Assembly: GCA_965649825.1 (NCBI GenBank)
Contig: OZ287706.1
Location: 434,001 to 498,000, forward strand
From: Penicillus capitatus
Lineage: Eukaryota > Plantae > Chlorophyta
Reading direction: 5' to 3'
Length of the DNA stretch: 64,000 bases
Translations under genes and position numbers: made by a program
The notes under the pieces: model-generated
Databases searched by the model: none
What the model was told of the DNA's origin: nothing
The model's input: only the letters and a program-made list of their open reading frames with translations
In this document: positions 1-12,093 of the stretch, piece by piece
How positions within the stretch are numbered: the stretch's first letter is position 1
Layout of the letters: each line of letters opens with the position of its first letter

Positions 1-739
1 CCAGTTTTGCTGTTTGATGTCGATATTCTCAACGCCGTTCCTTGAGGGAAGCGAGTGCATCTATGTCTGCAAAGCACATGAGTGGAAAGATGATATCGCG
101 CGGAAACCGTGTCAAGCTGTGGAGCGTATTGATGGATGTCCGAAGAAACAGTAGACGCAAATGTGGACGGATCCAATCTGAACGCACAATTAACTCCCAG
201 TCGCCTCCGTTGCGATACAACTTAATCCACTTCGCACGCATCAAGACCGCAGTTCTACGAAGAAGTCTTACCATCACCCCTGAAAGAATTCTCGCTTTGA
301 GGGACGGAAGTACCAGAGGAGGGGCGTTCGCTAGAGACAATCAGGTCCACTTCAAGGAAAGCAACTTAAAAGGATAGAGCATCATCTCGACCGTTCTGGA
401 CGAGAGATTCGGACATTTACGAAGTCCTTGTTCAACGTTTTTGGTGTACAGCCAGTTCGGCAAAAAATCATTAACAGAGTTCAAGAATGGTCAGTCGGTT
501 TAGAGAAGGTTTGTCCGCTTTCACTGCTCTGCGTCGGAGAGCTCGTTGCGACAAACAGAAAAAAAGAATGTGACGATAAACTTTGCGTCGTCAGGAGCAA
601 TAGTAATCTGTCTTCCGCCATCCGCCACATATAGAGAGCTGTTCCTAGACAACAACTGCACGAGAGGATCAAGTTTGTCTCGCAAAAACGTGTCGCGTTT
701 GGCGACACAGTCCTTGTTCGACGTACCTGCGTAGACGCG

Positions 740-3153
740 TTATGTCTTGATTGGTGTCGTCGCTGTAGTCTTGGCCTTGTAGCACCATGTATCCTTCTTG
801 TCTTCTGAAGTCTTCCACCAACAGCAGCCGTGCTCTTCGCACGAGTTTTGGTTGGCGAAATATCCTACAGTGCAAGACAGATAGCGTCTTCAGTCAACGA
901 CGAACTGAAGCGGAGTGGCAGATGCTGACCGCATGGTTCACGGGCGGCCAGGGGAAAGACTTTGCAGGTCTCTGGGTCGAGCTCTGTATTCGGATAGAAG
1001 CAGACCACATCCGAGAATTCGGATCTGTTGTAACAGCAGCCCCTTCTCTGGCATTCTTCTTCCGTTAGACGGCTCGTGCCTGTCCAGATCAGAGTCGAAA
1101 CGTCACATCTTCGGAATACAGACGACCTCATACTCACCGCAGTTACTTCTATGAAGATGATTCGCGCAGTACTTGTAGTGCTTACTAATCACGTAAAAAC
1201 AGGCAACTCCGTTTGATGTATCCAGATCTCTGCTCCAGCAGCAGCCTTTTGCCGCGCACATTTCCGGCGTCTTCTCCTTTCCTAGGTGTTCGAACAACGA
1301 TCGATGAGTGACACTGAGTGGATCGTTTACCGCATTCGTTAATGTAAGAACCTGTCGGTGGAGAACAGCCAAACGAAGTACCCGACGGATGGAGTGTCTC
1401 TGGTAAGACAAATGGACTGGGCTGCGGCGGTGGCTTTGGTGAAGTAACCGGACTAGGCCGCGATGATGACTTAAACCTTCTTGCAAGCTCCGCCATCAAC
1501 GCATCCTGGCCCTCAGCCGTTTGCGGCGACCCAACTTGTTCCGGAAGCTTTGCCGTCAAGCCTTTCTCGCTCGCTGGCGTTTGCCGCGACTTGACCTTTT
1601 CCGCAAGCTTCGCCATCAACGCATCCTGGACTTCAGTCGTTTGTGGCGACCCAATCTTCTTCGCCAGATCCTTCGACGCTTTCTTGCGCTCAGGCGTTTG
1701 CGCCAACCCGGTTTTCTTCGCAGGCTCTGTCTTCGACGCCCTCTTGCGCTCAGGCGTTTGCGGTGGCTGGTACTTGGCCGGTGGCTCCTTTTTCAACACC
1801 ACCTTGATCTTGGGTGTTTTCTCTGGCTTTGCCTTGCACACCTGCGAATACCGTGCGGATGTGAGACATCAAGTGTTGCTCTCGACACAGAATATTCATC
1901 AAGAGCAAATGAATGAAACCAGTTTGCAGATACAACAGCAAGCACTGCATGCGTCGAGAGTACCTCGAGAAATTTTTTGCAGACGGACAGGTCGGGCGGA
2001 GGTAGAGACGGCTTTTCATCTGGGGGCGTCTTGCATTTGCTCCGTTGAACTTTGCCTGCCATCACTTTCATCATCCAGTTCCTGTAGTAGGAAACGCTGG
2101 AGTAAGCAGAACAGGGAGGATCGCCAGATCCACCGCGATTTTCGTTGACATGATCGAACGACAGGACGCCGACCACCAGATCCTCAGACGGATATCCCTT
2201 GTCCAACTCGCAGGGCCAGTCGACCAACGTAAGAGGACTTCCGTCCAGACCTGAACAACAAGACCATCAGCATGGATCCACGCGAATCTCCCATTGGGCT
2301 GCTGGACGCACTCGCCCGTGTGCTTTTGCTATCTTCGCAGAAGCAGATCCAGCTGTCCATCGGGACACTTTTGGGTGGCTTCCGGCATCGATTATGTTTC
2401 TCCCGGTGGACACGCATGTAGCTTTGACCGCTGCACTTTGTCACGCCTTTTTTGAGGCCCCACCCAGGAGTCACCATCTTCGTCTCGTCGTCGTAGACCA
2501 TTCCCTCTCGAAACAGTCTTGGCAGTTCCAGGGGCGCCTGCTTATCGAGCTTGAGCATGGCGATGTCCGATCCCAGTTCGATTTTATGCGTCCAATCTTT
2601 GTGCAGGTATGCCTCTTCGACATGGAATGTCTACAGCACGCTTGCAGTCGGCAAGCCGAGGGCGGAATTGCGAGAACTGCGCCTCACCTTTTCTTCAGAG
2701 ATCGTGTTGATATCGTCGATGCCGCAGTAAATGACCGGATAGCAACCGACCGAGTTCTTCACCATTGGGTCGATGCAGTGTGCCGCCGTCACGACCCAGC
2801 GTCTGCCGACGAGCGTGGCGGTGCACGAATGCTTCCGGCTTCCGGCCATCCGAAGACTGCACAGGTAAGGGAATCTGCCTGGATAGCCCTCCATTTTGTA
2901 GCACATCGCATTCGCATCTTCTCCATCGCCACCGTCCGTCAGGGACAAGGCCTCTCTGACATGGTGACGGACGAGCGAGGTGCACGCGCTGCGTCCTCCG
3001 AGGTCTGGACAGCAGCGAACCCTACAGTCGACCGGAGGTCCTGTCGACAACGACGTCACCTGGGTGGGCGAACGACGGACTCGGCGCAGACAGCGAAAAG
3101 CACAGCAGAAGCGCTGCGAACCCCGAAACCGTTTTGGCCAAACGCAAAGGCAT
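740..3153 (-). CDS. Secreted trypsin-like serine protease homologue (catalytic Ser replaced) fused to a Lys/Pro-rich repeat linker and three trefoil (P-type) domains; multi-exon
   Basis: Signal-peptide-like MPLRLAKTVSGFAALLLCFSLSAP starts at 3153. Trypsin motifs GRFPYLCSLR, VVTAAHC (His) and SDIAMLKL (Asp) are present. After intron 2251-2311 the Ser195 region reads STRASLDGSPL...LVVGVLSF. An in-frame GT-AG splice (KFLE|VCKAK) joins the linker. Three C-C-C-GCC-C trefoil patterns follow (ECGKEKTPEMCAAKGCCW..ACFY; NCGTSRLTEEECQRRGCCY..VCFY; PCGYFANQNSCEEHGCCW..WCY), with TAA at 740-742. The junction of the first exon is uncertain. Confidence 0.75.
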
Positions 3154-4879
3154 CCCAGGCGAACGGAGTGGAAGCATGGATGCCTCGAAATCACGATGCA
3201 GAATCGATTCTGATGGCCTCATGTGAGGGATTCTCGACTCCCGATTCTGCTTCGATCTTGCTACGTCGACCTAGCGAATCGATCTCCTTTTTGGAACGGT
3301 GGCGAGTCGCCGCTCGATCTACAGCTTCAGCCGCAAGAACGAAAATCCGATGCTCTCGATGATCCACGTGGGCGAGATTCGTTCGTCCGGATACGCTTTG
3401 CAGAGAGCACATAGACTCATCGTTTGCACTGCGTTACCCTCCGTCGAACGCGACATACGGTCCTGATGTCTACGGCTCAGGCAGTCAGTCTGGCAGATCG
3501 ATAAACGCGGGCTGCTATGCTTTCGAACCCTTCACGCTTGGTACAGCGTCTTTGCTCTGTGCTCGTGCCTAATCGGTGTTCAACTCCCCTGCTGCGTGCA
3601 AAAATATCAAGTGGTAGAACTGTCAGCCAAGATGCCATCTGTTTGCTGACGAGAAAGCGCTGTCTCTGCAGCATAGGAGGTCCCTCTTCGTTTGGTGAAA
3701 TGCATTGGCACTGATTCATCCGCCTGATAGTCGGCTTGGATGCGTTCAGTCATTCGGCTGGTCTCGTTGCGTTTGTTTCTGCCGTGTAACAGATGAAATC
3801 TCTCCTCGCAGATGATCTGTTTCCCCGTCCACTCTATCACTCTTCTGGCGAACGACTCGCAGCTTCGTCCCTTTTCGTCGACAGCCCGCAGCCGCAGCGT
3901 TTTGCGACGTTCTCCGTTCGGTAAATGCTTCATTTTGGAATAGCAGTGATCTTTGCCCAACGATCGATGCCAAAGTGCTGGACGGCCTCGAATATCGGAA
4001 GAGCCAGTCCAAACGCGTCGGCGACGTAACCACAGCAGGTGTACGAGTCACATCACCCGTATACTTTGTCGTCGTTTAACCGGTCGACCGTTTGTACGCT
4101 TTGCTGACTGACCTTTCGTTGCCCTGCATGGCATAGTTGCACGGCAGAATCTTGCCTTGACTCTTCGACGCTGCATGCTGGACCCAGAAAACAGCAAACG
4201 GTCTTACACAAACGCTGAAATGACGTCGAGTCAGTGGTAGCGAGACTCGGCATGTTCTTCTGCGACACAGCCGCCCACCACAACTGATCCACACTTATGT
4301 CCGGAACGCCAGAGTGTGCTTGAGAACATTCTGACGCAACTGATCGCACACACACCCGCGGGACCCCGATCGAAGGCGTCTTATTGAAGCGCTTTTCGGT
4401 TTATTGTGCGATGAGATCCGATCTTCTGACAAACAGCGACACCCGGGCCTAAGAGTCGCAGGATCCGAGTGCTGCCTCCGTTACAGGTTGGATCACAGGA
4501 TCTCGATCGTGAATGAACCTAGATAGACAGAGCTTTAGCCGAGGAATCCTTCACTGTCCCATCCTTACATAGAAGAACGGTAGTCGCGTCACCCGACAAG
4601 AGGCAGTTTACACCGAGATGCGTTAAGGCTCCTAAACCGTACGAACACTCTTGGTGAAGGACGTGAGAAGAGTCCATTCTCAACCTTGATAATGCCGCAG
4701 GGAAAGGCGGGCCGTAGCCGAGCTGCGACTGCCCCGAATAATGATGTGACGGGGGCAGCGATACGCGGCGGAGCGGTCTTGTCACGTTCATGATTTTCTC
4801 CATCTGTGCATTCTTTGCGTCGTTTTTTGTGTCCCTGTGGTGACGCGACGTTTCTTTCCGCGTCTAGGTCGTACGCTCC

Positions 4880-7790
4880 CTGTCAGAGCGGTCGGCGCGT
4901 GGACGTTGTGTCAACCGCTGGGGGAGTCCTAACGGAAGGTCGATAACGGTTGCAGTCCTGCGGACCGGACAGGCTGTCCGCTTCCTGACATGACAGCGGT
5001 CCGTGGGCGCCGAAGGTATTTAACCGACTGTACGCGCTATGTAAGTAGTCTTGGATTTGACTCCTTACAGTTCCTCCGCCTTTGCTCATGCGTTTGCGCG
5101 CCGCGTGCGCGCAAGTGTCGGACGATTCCCCGTCATCCCCACCAATCGCCATTCCGTTTCTGTCCATGCCTAACACCAGTAGTGTTTGCGGGTAGGTTTT
5201 AATGGCCGAATGACAGCTTCCATTCACTGCAAACACTGCGGTTTCTATCGCTTGAGGCCACTGATTCTAAGAGCCGTTCAGAATTAGTCTGACTCTTTTT
5301 TGCAACGTTTGGATTGTTCTCTCAGCGATGGCGTTCCTCTGATCGTAGTAGCTTGGATACAATCTGATCTCGATTCCTCTGCCATCAACCCATTTCGTAA
5401 AGTATTGCTTTCTACTGAGCTGCATCATCGCCGGAGATTGTCAAAAGAAGACCGATTCGTTAGATCCACGACTGTCCAGCTCTTTTGTCACAACTCTTGC
5501 TGTAGTATCAAATGTTCTTTGAGTGGCCACAAATCTTTTGCACGGCATAAGCCCATTCGGGCCCTTCCCTTCAGGGCAGGGAGTAGTTACGGGTTGTCAC
5601 GACTGAGCTAGCCAAGACTTGTTTACCGCGATCACGATATAACTTCCATCAAAGGTCCTGCGAATTCGATATGTACGCTCTGACCCAGCTCCGTCATCAC
5701 TTCTTTATTTGGACTATCGCTTGCTTGTGGTGTTCTTGAACATGCGCAAGTTGGGCGTCTCTTCACGAGATTTTCAATCTGTTGTCTCACTCAGGGGTGT
5801 GTTCCCCATTCCATCTTGGTATTTTGATGTGTCGTTTCTGCTGGCCGATGTAACAGGTCGTAAAAATTCTCTTAAAATTGATACGGGCTCATCAGCTTCC
5901 TTGTCACAACTCCGAATCCTTGCCATAGCATTAATGAAGATATCTATGCAACTGGTGACCGTGGAAAGGCCCCGTAGTCAGACTCGAACGAGCATTGCGT
6001 ACTGAAAAAACGATGATCTGAGTGTTTATTGCTATCGTAAAAGGTCCTTTCCATGACTCTCGGAAAACTGAAGGCGATACTAGCCTCACGACTAAGACAT
6101 GAGTTCATGTCACGTAACTAGAATTTCCTTTCGCTTTGAAAAATATACAGTATCGTAATCGACTCTCTCTCTTTACTTAGTATACAAAAGCGAAGAATCT
6201 ATCTGTTCGGTCGGAAGGTTGCATATCCGAAAAGCTGCAAACAGTTCTTTCTAATCAGACGACCAAGGACATAACTTGGTCCGATGGAGAATCTCTTGTT
6301 AAGTCAGAAAAACTCATTGAGAGGTGAAACTACAAGGGAAACCCGATGGATGTACTTTCTGACAGTATCAAAAACTCCCAAAACAGAATGCTAATCCCGT
6401 ACACATGTGACGGTCTGACTTATAGGATTCATTCTGGATCGTATGTTCGTCAACAGGTAGTTCTTCCACCGGACAGAACATCCCAGCAAGGGCATTATTG
6501 TTCTCAATGGCTCAGTTTCCAGAACAGTGCTTTTTTATACGCAGACTGTATCGAGTAAAAATCTCAAACAATGTTGTCAACGATTTGTGAGCCCTTCAGT
6601 GCTGTTTGGTAAGCACAAGACATATATATATAAATGGCGATTTTTACATGGGACCCGCACATGAAATACCCCATAAGCACAAGACATATCTCGTGTAATC
6701 TATAGCTACATGATTTCTCAAAAGACACGTCAGTCGTTGATGAAATAAACCATGAGACGCAATAAAACGTTGAGGAGGACGTTCCACATATATCTTGCCT
6801 CCAAAATCAAATCCAAAGAGTTCGTTCTTACATTTCTGGATCTGATGGCAACGAAAAAACCCGTCGGTGATATCCGAGACCGCAAGAATTTCAAGATTTT
6901 GGGATAGTTCGGAGAATCTCTCGTGCCAATACAAAATCTGACCAAGGAAGGACAAAGTGCGAGTTGCGTTGACGAAGGTCATGTAACCATCTGATCGCCT
7001 TTCGTCCTAACCTTGGAAGATAAAGAGATGGGTTTTTGTACGCGCTCTTGCCCTCAGGAATCTCGGGAAAGTGACTAATCTTGAGGATTTTACGAAAAGC
7101 TTCGTCTATCCATCCTTTCGGAGCCGAATGGTCTACCGTAAAATCCACGCCAGAATTGGTATGGAAGGTTACTTCATTCAAACATCTGTCACTGTAAAAG
7201 CTAAGTTTTTTCGTGGCTTTTGGTGGTCACTCTTAATTTGGTTTCGAATGAAGATACTAGATTTGTAGGGTCTCCAAAGATCGAACATGAAGGAGGAAGG
7301 TTCGGGCTGCAATTACCGCAATTCGAGAAAAACAACGAAAGAAACACACAAATCTCTCCTGAAGATGATGAAAAATGTGAGAGGGGTGGATTTCCCTCGC
7401 ATGGCAAGAGTTGACAACGAAAAAAAACCTTTCCTTGAATCAACCAAGATAGCAAAATCGTTGGGTATTCCGTAGTCACCAGAAAGCATGATCTTCCTGC
7501 AGGCAAATGCACATCGTGCTTTCTCTACTCTTTCGAGCGACCGATTTTCCTCACAAAGCCATCTTTAGGTAAGGTAAATCGTGAGTAAAAACTGTGCCGA
7601 TCGTGCCGCATATCGAACGACCTTTCATGGAATCATCTAAACAGAAACCTTTCGAAGGGATTTTATTCTCTCGCAGACAACACAAAACCGAAAGTCGGCC
7701 GTCCAGTTTTTCGTTGATGAAAACGGGAAAAAACTCGAATCGCACTGCTAGATTCAAAAATCCAATATCGATCGAGAAACAGCTTCTATA
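4880..7790 (-). mobile_element. Degraded Ty3/Gypsy pol remnant (RT, RNase H, integrase), copy A
   Basis: The minus strand gives interrupted integrase-core text (IEFAGPL; GIEIRLYPSYYDQRNAIAERTIQTLQKR; WPQAIETAVFAVNGSCHSAIKTYP) and RT-like text. There are many stops and frameshifts. A near-identical second copy lies at 13697-14412 plus 17510-19480. Confidence 0.75.
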
Positions 7791-9718
7791 TGAGTGTCGC
7801 GTCGTTGGTGAACAAGCACACGCATTAGCGGAAGACTTTAAAACAGAATGACGTAAACAACGCAATTGTCCCCCTTTTATAGTGTTAGGGTTTTCATGTG
7901 ACATGTAGTAGGTTCTGATGTGACTTCCCTTATACAGTCGGGATGCCTTCATTGTGCTCATTTAGTCTGACAGCTTCATTGTTAACTCATGTACATTGAC
8001 TGCTCAACAATGTAGACAAGTTCCAAGACTTCTTTCTAAGAAAGGACAAGAGTAAACTTTGACTCTCTAAATGTGACAAACGTGTTCTCGACGCTCATCC
8101 AGCGGAACGCCGGCCTTGTGTTGACAGATCGCAATCGATGTAGCCTGTTGAACGGACATATGACTCGCCATGTCTGTTTTCTCAGATGACGAGTTCCATA
8201 GAAGAAAGAGAGTGCTGCACTTATGTTCGTGGGAGAACTGATAGACGTCGTGTGAATCGTTCTTATTGTGAGCAGAAACGCCCATAGGATGCCTCCGCAT
8301 ACTTCTATCATGTTAACGACACCAACGACGCCATTCCTCCAAAACACGATTCGAGAATGTGGTATTCTGAGCACTCCGCATCTTCAAGCTTAACAGAGGG
8401 GAACTGATACAGAATCCTCATACACACATTGCCATCCAGTAAATCTGCGACATTTGGAAGAAGCGCATAAAAACAAGGCGGGGTCCTCTGTGAGCTATTG
8501 AGGATGACGGTGTTTTGGCGACGACACGCGATTGACTTCTCTTTCCTTCACAAGGGTGGCGGATAGCTTGAAAGGCATGGAGTCATCGCATGTGGCCAAG
8601 GTTCTAATTCCGGCTGCCCGGGATTTCTTCGTCGTACAGGAGAGAAAGCCGTTTTGACGTGCACGCACCGAACGTATCTCTATACCGGTCTTCAGCCACC
8701 AGAATTGTGCGTCTCTCCGGTGTCTCGCTCTGCTCAACGGCAGCTGTCGTCATGTCGCCGATTCTGATTTTGATGTTGCTCACCGCTCACGCAGCCTTCG
8801 GCGTCGAACCGAACATTAAAGAAGATAATCGACACTGCAAGCCTTGCGGTAAAACTTGCTTCACTTCCGCCCTCATTCCATGTTGCGATTAGCATGTCCC
8901 TACATCACTGAGGTGCTTTGTATCCGCATCGGCTGTGTTTGGAAACCCTCGAAAGATCCAGATGTTCATTCTTGCTGCAGACCTGGAAAGCAGTTGAAAG
9001 GAAGCACTTCGTTTGGCGACGGTGAGATGGACTCCATCAACGTTGCTCAAGCTTGTCAGACTTGATGGAAGGATTCTCATCATCCGGTCGGCAGATGTCT
9101 AGCGAGATCTTTTCGTTTATTGACTGTCGGGAAGCGAGAAGCTTTGCTTCTTTAGCCGTATCAAACAAAAACCAATTCCACATACATTTTCTCCAGTGCC
9201 AGGATTTCCAATGTCATGCAGCGAGTCTATTCATCGATCGAAGACGTGGAAATTGCCAGTCGTTAATCCTTAAGCTGTTATCTCTGTCCAGCTCTGTTTG
9301 TGTTCAGATGGACCAATGCGTCTAAGAAATCGACGGATTCCATGTTATTATGTTGTGTTACGTATCTTTAATTTAATCATTTGCAACCGGAGACAGACCC
9401 TGACCTCATGCGATCGAACGGTAACGCTCTGCTTCATTGTCTAATGATGGAATGATCTCGAAAAGGAACCTGTAGCGTCGTTGAGAAGCAGACATCATTA
9501 AACAATAGAACATGTTCATTCCGAAACGATGGAGTATGTGCAGACCACAGAAAAAGATAATGCAGAGGACTGAATCGCCGATGAGTAAATACTTGCCACG
9601 CTTCTCAGGCTGTTCTTGAAGGACGTTGATTTTCATCTTCATGCAGCTGCTGTCTATGACTCATAGCGTTGTCAGATTCGGAAATCCAATATCGATCGAG
9701 AAACAGCTTCTATATGAG
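7750..9718. repeat. 45 bp direct repeats (7750-7794, 9674-9718) flanking a 1.9 kb insert that is absent from the duplicate copy
   Basis: AGATTC(AA/GG)AAATCCAATATCGATCGAGAAACAGCTTCTATATGAG occurs on both sides, but only once (about 19440) in copy B. Confidence 0.85.
8752..9065 (+). CDS. Small secreted Cys-rich protein with a degenerate trefoil-like domain
   Basis: MSPILILMLLTAHAAFG signal peptide. A phase-1 intron follows TGC-G, as in the other trefoil genes. The spliced text is HCKPCACPYITEVLCIRIGCVWKPSKDPDVHSCC. Confidence 0.45.
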
Positions 9719-12014
9719 ATGTCAGTGGCAATCCGCGACAATGCAGCGCCTAAATAACAAGCATCAGAAAACGCCAAGAACAGACAGCGACCACACTTTC
9801 GACACACTCAATCTTCACCTGGCCTAAGGCTATCTCGACAGAAGATAATGATCTTGCGGTTTTCACCACTTTCCTGAATATGATCTACAGTCTAGATGGT
9901 GCCTCGGGGTAGGATCTACGGTCCAGCAGGCCCCTCGTGATTCCTAGCCTTGATCCATGTCGCGGCACCACGGACGATATAGATAGATCCATAGTATGGT
10001 GGGCAGATCGGCTAGCCATCTGGGCAGTGCAGCACAGCCATCTCTTTGGATCTGGAAGCAGCCCTCATGCTGACAACGCGCAGCGACGCGTTCGACGTAT
10101 GGATCGGCGAACGGATCGAAACTGCGAAAGTCGACGCCTGCCATTTTCAGATCCAAATAGGGACTGTCTGCCGGACTTGCATGCAAGTGAAGAACGGAGA
10201 GGCGCGCGGGAGCGACGGCGAAGGACTCGCCGCCGGAATCCCTCCGTGTCGCGCTCCGCTCTGCGTTCGCCCATCCGCGTTCTCGCAACCCGGCGCCGTC
10301 GACCTGTCTTCGAACCGCCGAACGGGTCCCGCCGGAGAAAACGCGAACGAGCTTCCTCGGCCGCTCGAGGCTGACGTCCGAAGGAGGACGCGTAAAACGA
10401 GACCGGTGCAGCGTGATGCTTCGAGCCATGCGGTTTTGGAATCCGCATGCACCAGCCGACTTTGTGTTGCAGGCTGTACGACGCATCGTCGAGAGCTGCG
10501 CCGACACGAGGCGCGCAGGGCACGTGGTCGTCGCGTCGCACAGGACCTCGGCTCTCGGTCGTGAAGCGAATAGGTCGGCGCGGAGACCCGACAACGCCAC
10601 GGCGAGCAGGCGAACCGCGACGGCGCCGTCTGGATGAGATCGGAAGACAAGCTTCCGTCGTCTTCCGGTCCAGCGGTCCGGGAACAGCTGGAGTCTCCTT
10701 CCGAATGCGCCGCCCGAGGCAGTCATCTATGCATCGAAGCCTCGGAGTTCGGTGCAGGGGCAGACGCGGAAGCTCGAAGAAGGCGGCGGGTACATCCGCT
10801 GTTCAGATCGCCTGCACGAAGGTCAGCTCTTGCGTCTCTCGGTCTCCCTTTCGACGTCGTCGCAGATCTCTTTCTTGCCGGCGAGTCTGAATGCGCCGTC
10901 CATCTCGACGGTTCCGCCGCTGGTCGGTCCTGGCCAGGCGAGCACCGAGTTGCGTGGATGCATGGGACAGACAAGCCTCCCATGGCGAGATCTGGCCAGC
11001 TCACCTTCCGAACGCACGGGACTGGGTTTCACGTCCATCGCAGCGGTGACTGCGTTGCGATGAGAGGAAGGTGGGATCCCCATTCTTGCATCGATGCCCA
11101 AGGAGAGTGAGATCTTCTCGCTGCGTGCGCCGCCGCAGCCGATGTTATCTCACGACGATGGACCGAGGAGCCATCTTGTTCCTCGCCGACTGGCGTCGTC
11201 CAAAGCTCCGAGCCTCTGGCCGCGCTCATCGCAGACATGTCGTGGTCACTTCACGCCGTGCAACCGACCGCGCATGGATAACGGCAGTGCCGAGGTCTGT
11301 CTTCCGCGGCGGCGATCGGATGGCCGGCAGAGTGAGACCAGACAGATCGCATGTCGCGGCAGTGAGCAATCGACCGATCCGTGACCGTCGGGCAAAGGGA
11401 CGTCTCATTCCACAGGACCCCGGGCCTCGAGAAGCAACTCAAGGCACTGAGGTCGTCACGCCGCTTCAACAAGGGAGGGACAAGCGATGGCGGCAAGCAC
11501 CCGATGCTGTCATCGCCACGACAGAGTTCGCGGGCAATGGTTGCCGCGGCAAAGCTGCTGATGCCTGTCTGTGTCGCAGGGAATCGCCCTCGACTGCGTA
11601 TGCATGACCGGCTACCCACTCTCGAACGACAGACACAAGAGCTTCCCCGAGTTTCGTCTTTCTTGTGACGGCACGTCAGACGAGAGATTTGCTGCAACTC
11701 TCGGTCAATGGACAGGTAGACATCCGTGTGTCTGTTCGACCTACATCTGAAAAATGGGAACTGGATCTGGCGAACCACATCAGGGGAACTGTGTTGCTCT
11801 TTCACTGACTGAGACTATGCCTTTCCTTTCGAGGACATGGATTACGCAGCAGGCCAGTGCTCTCCGAAGAAACGTCGCCGCCGCCATGTTTTGCCATGAG
11901 CCCTGACGGTTGGCACAAGTTCCTCCGCCTACAATTTCTGCTCCGAATATAGAGGACGCGAATAGTTTCAACGCTGGCGTGGCACCAACGCATCAAAGCC
12001 TGCCAGTCGAGAAC

Positions 12015-12021
12015 TATAAAA
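12015..12021 (+). promoter_or_regulatory. TATA box of the two-trefoil gene (duplicate at 28591-28597)
   Basis: TATAAAA lies about 75 nt upstream of the ATG and is conserved in both copies. Confidence 0.45.
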
Positions 12022-12093
12022 ACAGGTCCGCTGCGAATCCGAGCATCATTCGCTCTGTTTCGTCTCCCCGTTCGACAGCCGTTTGTTGATCCG

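Noticed and set aside
2270-2295. In-frame GDSRGS that looks like the trypsin catalytic motif
   Set aside because: It lies inside a well-formed 61 nt GT-AG intron. Reading through it leads to a stop at 2184 and loses the C-terminal strands (LVVGVLSF).
4519-4803. VEKIMN as a chromodomain start downstream of the old integrase
   Set aside because: Position fits a chromovirus, but the YLVKW and TWEP motifs are not recognisable.
9406-9642. YLLIGDS resembling an SGNH/GDSL motif
   Set aside because: Single short motif; no downstream blocks.
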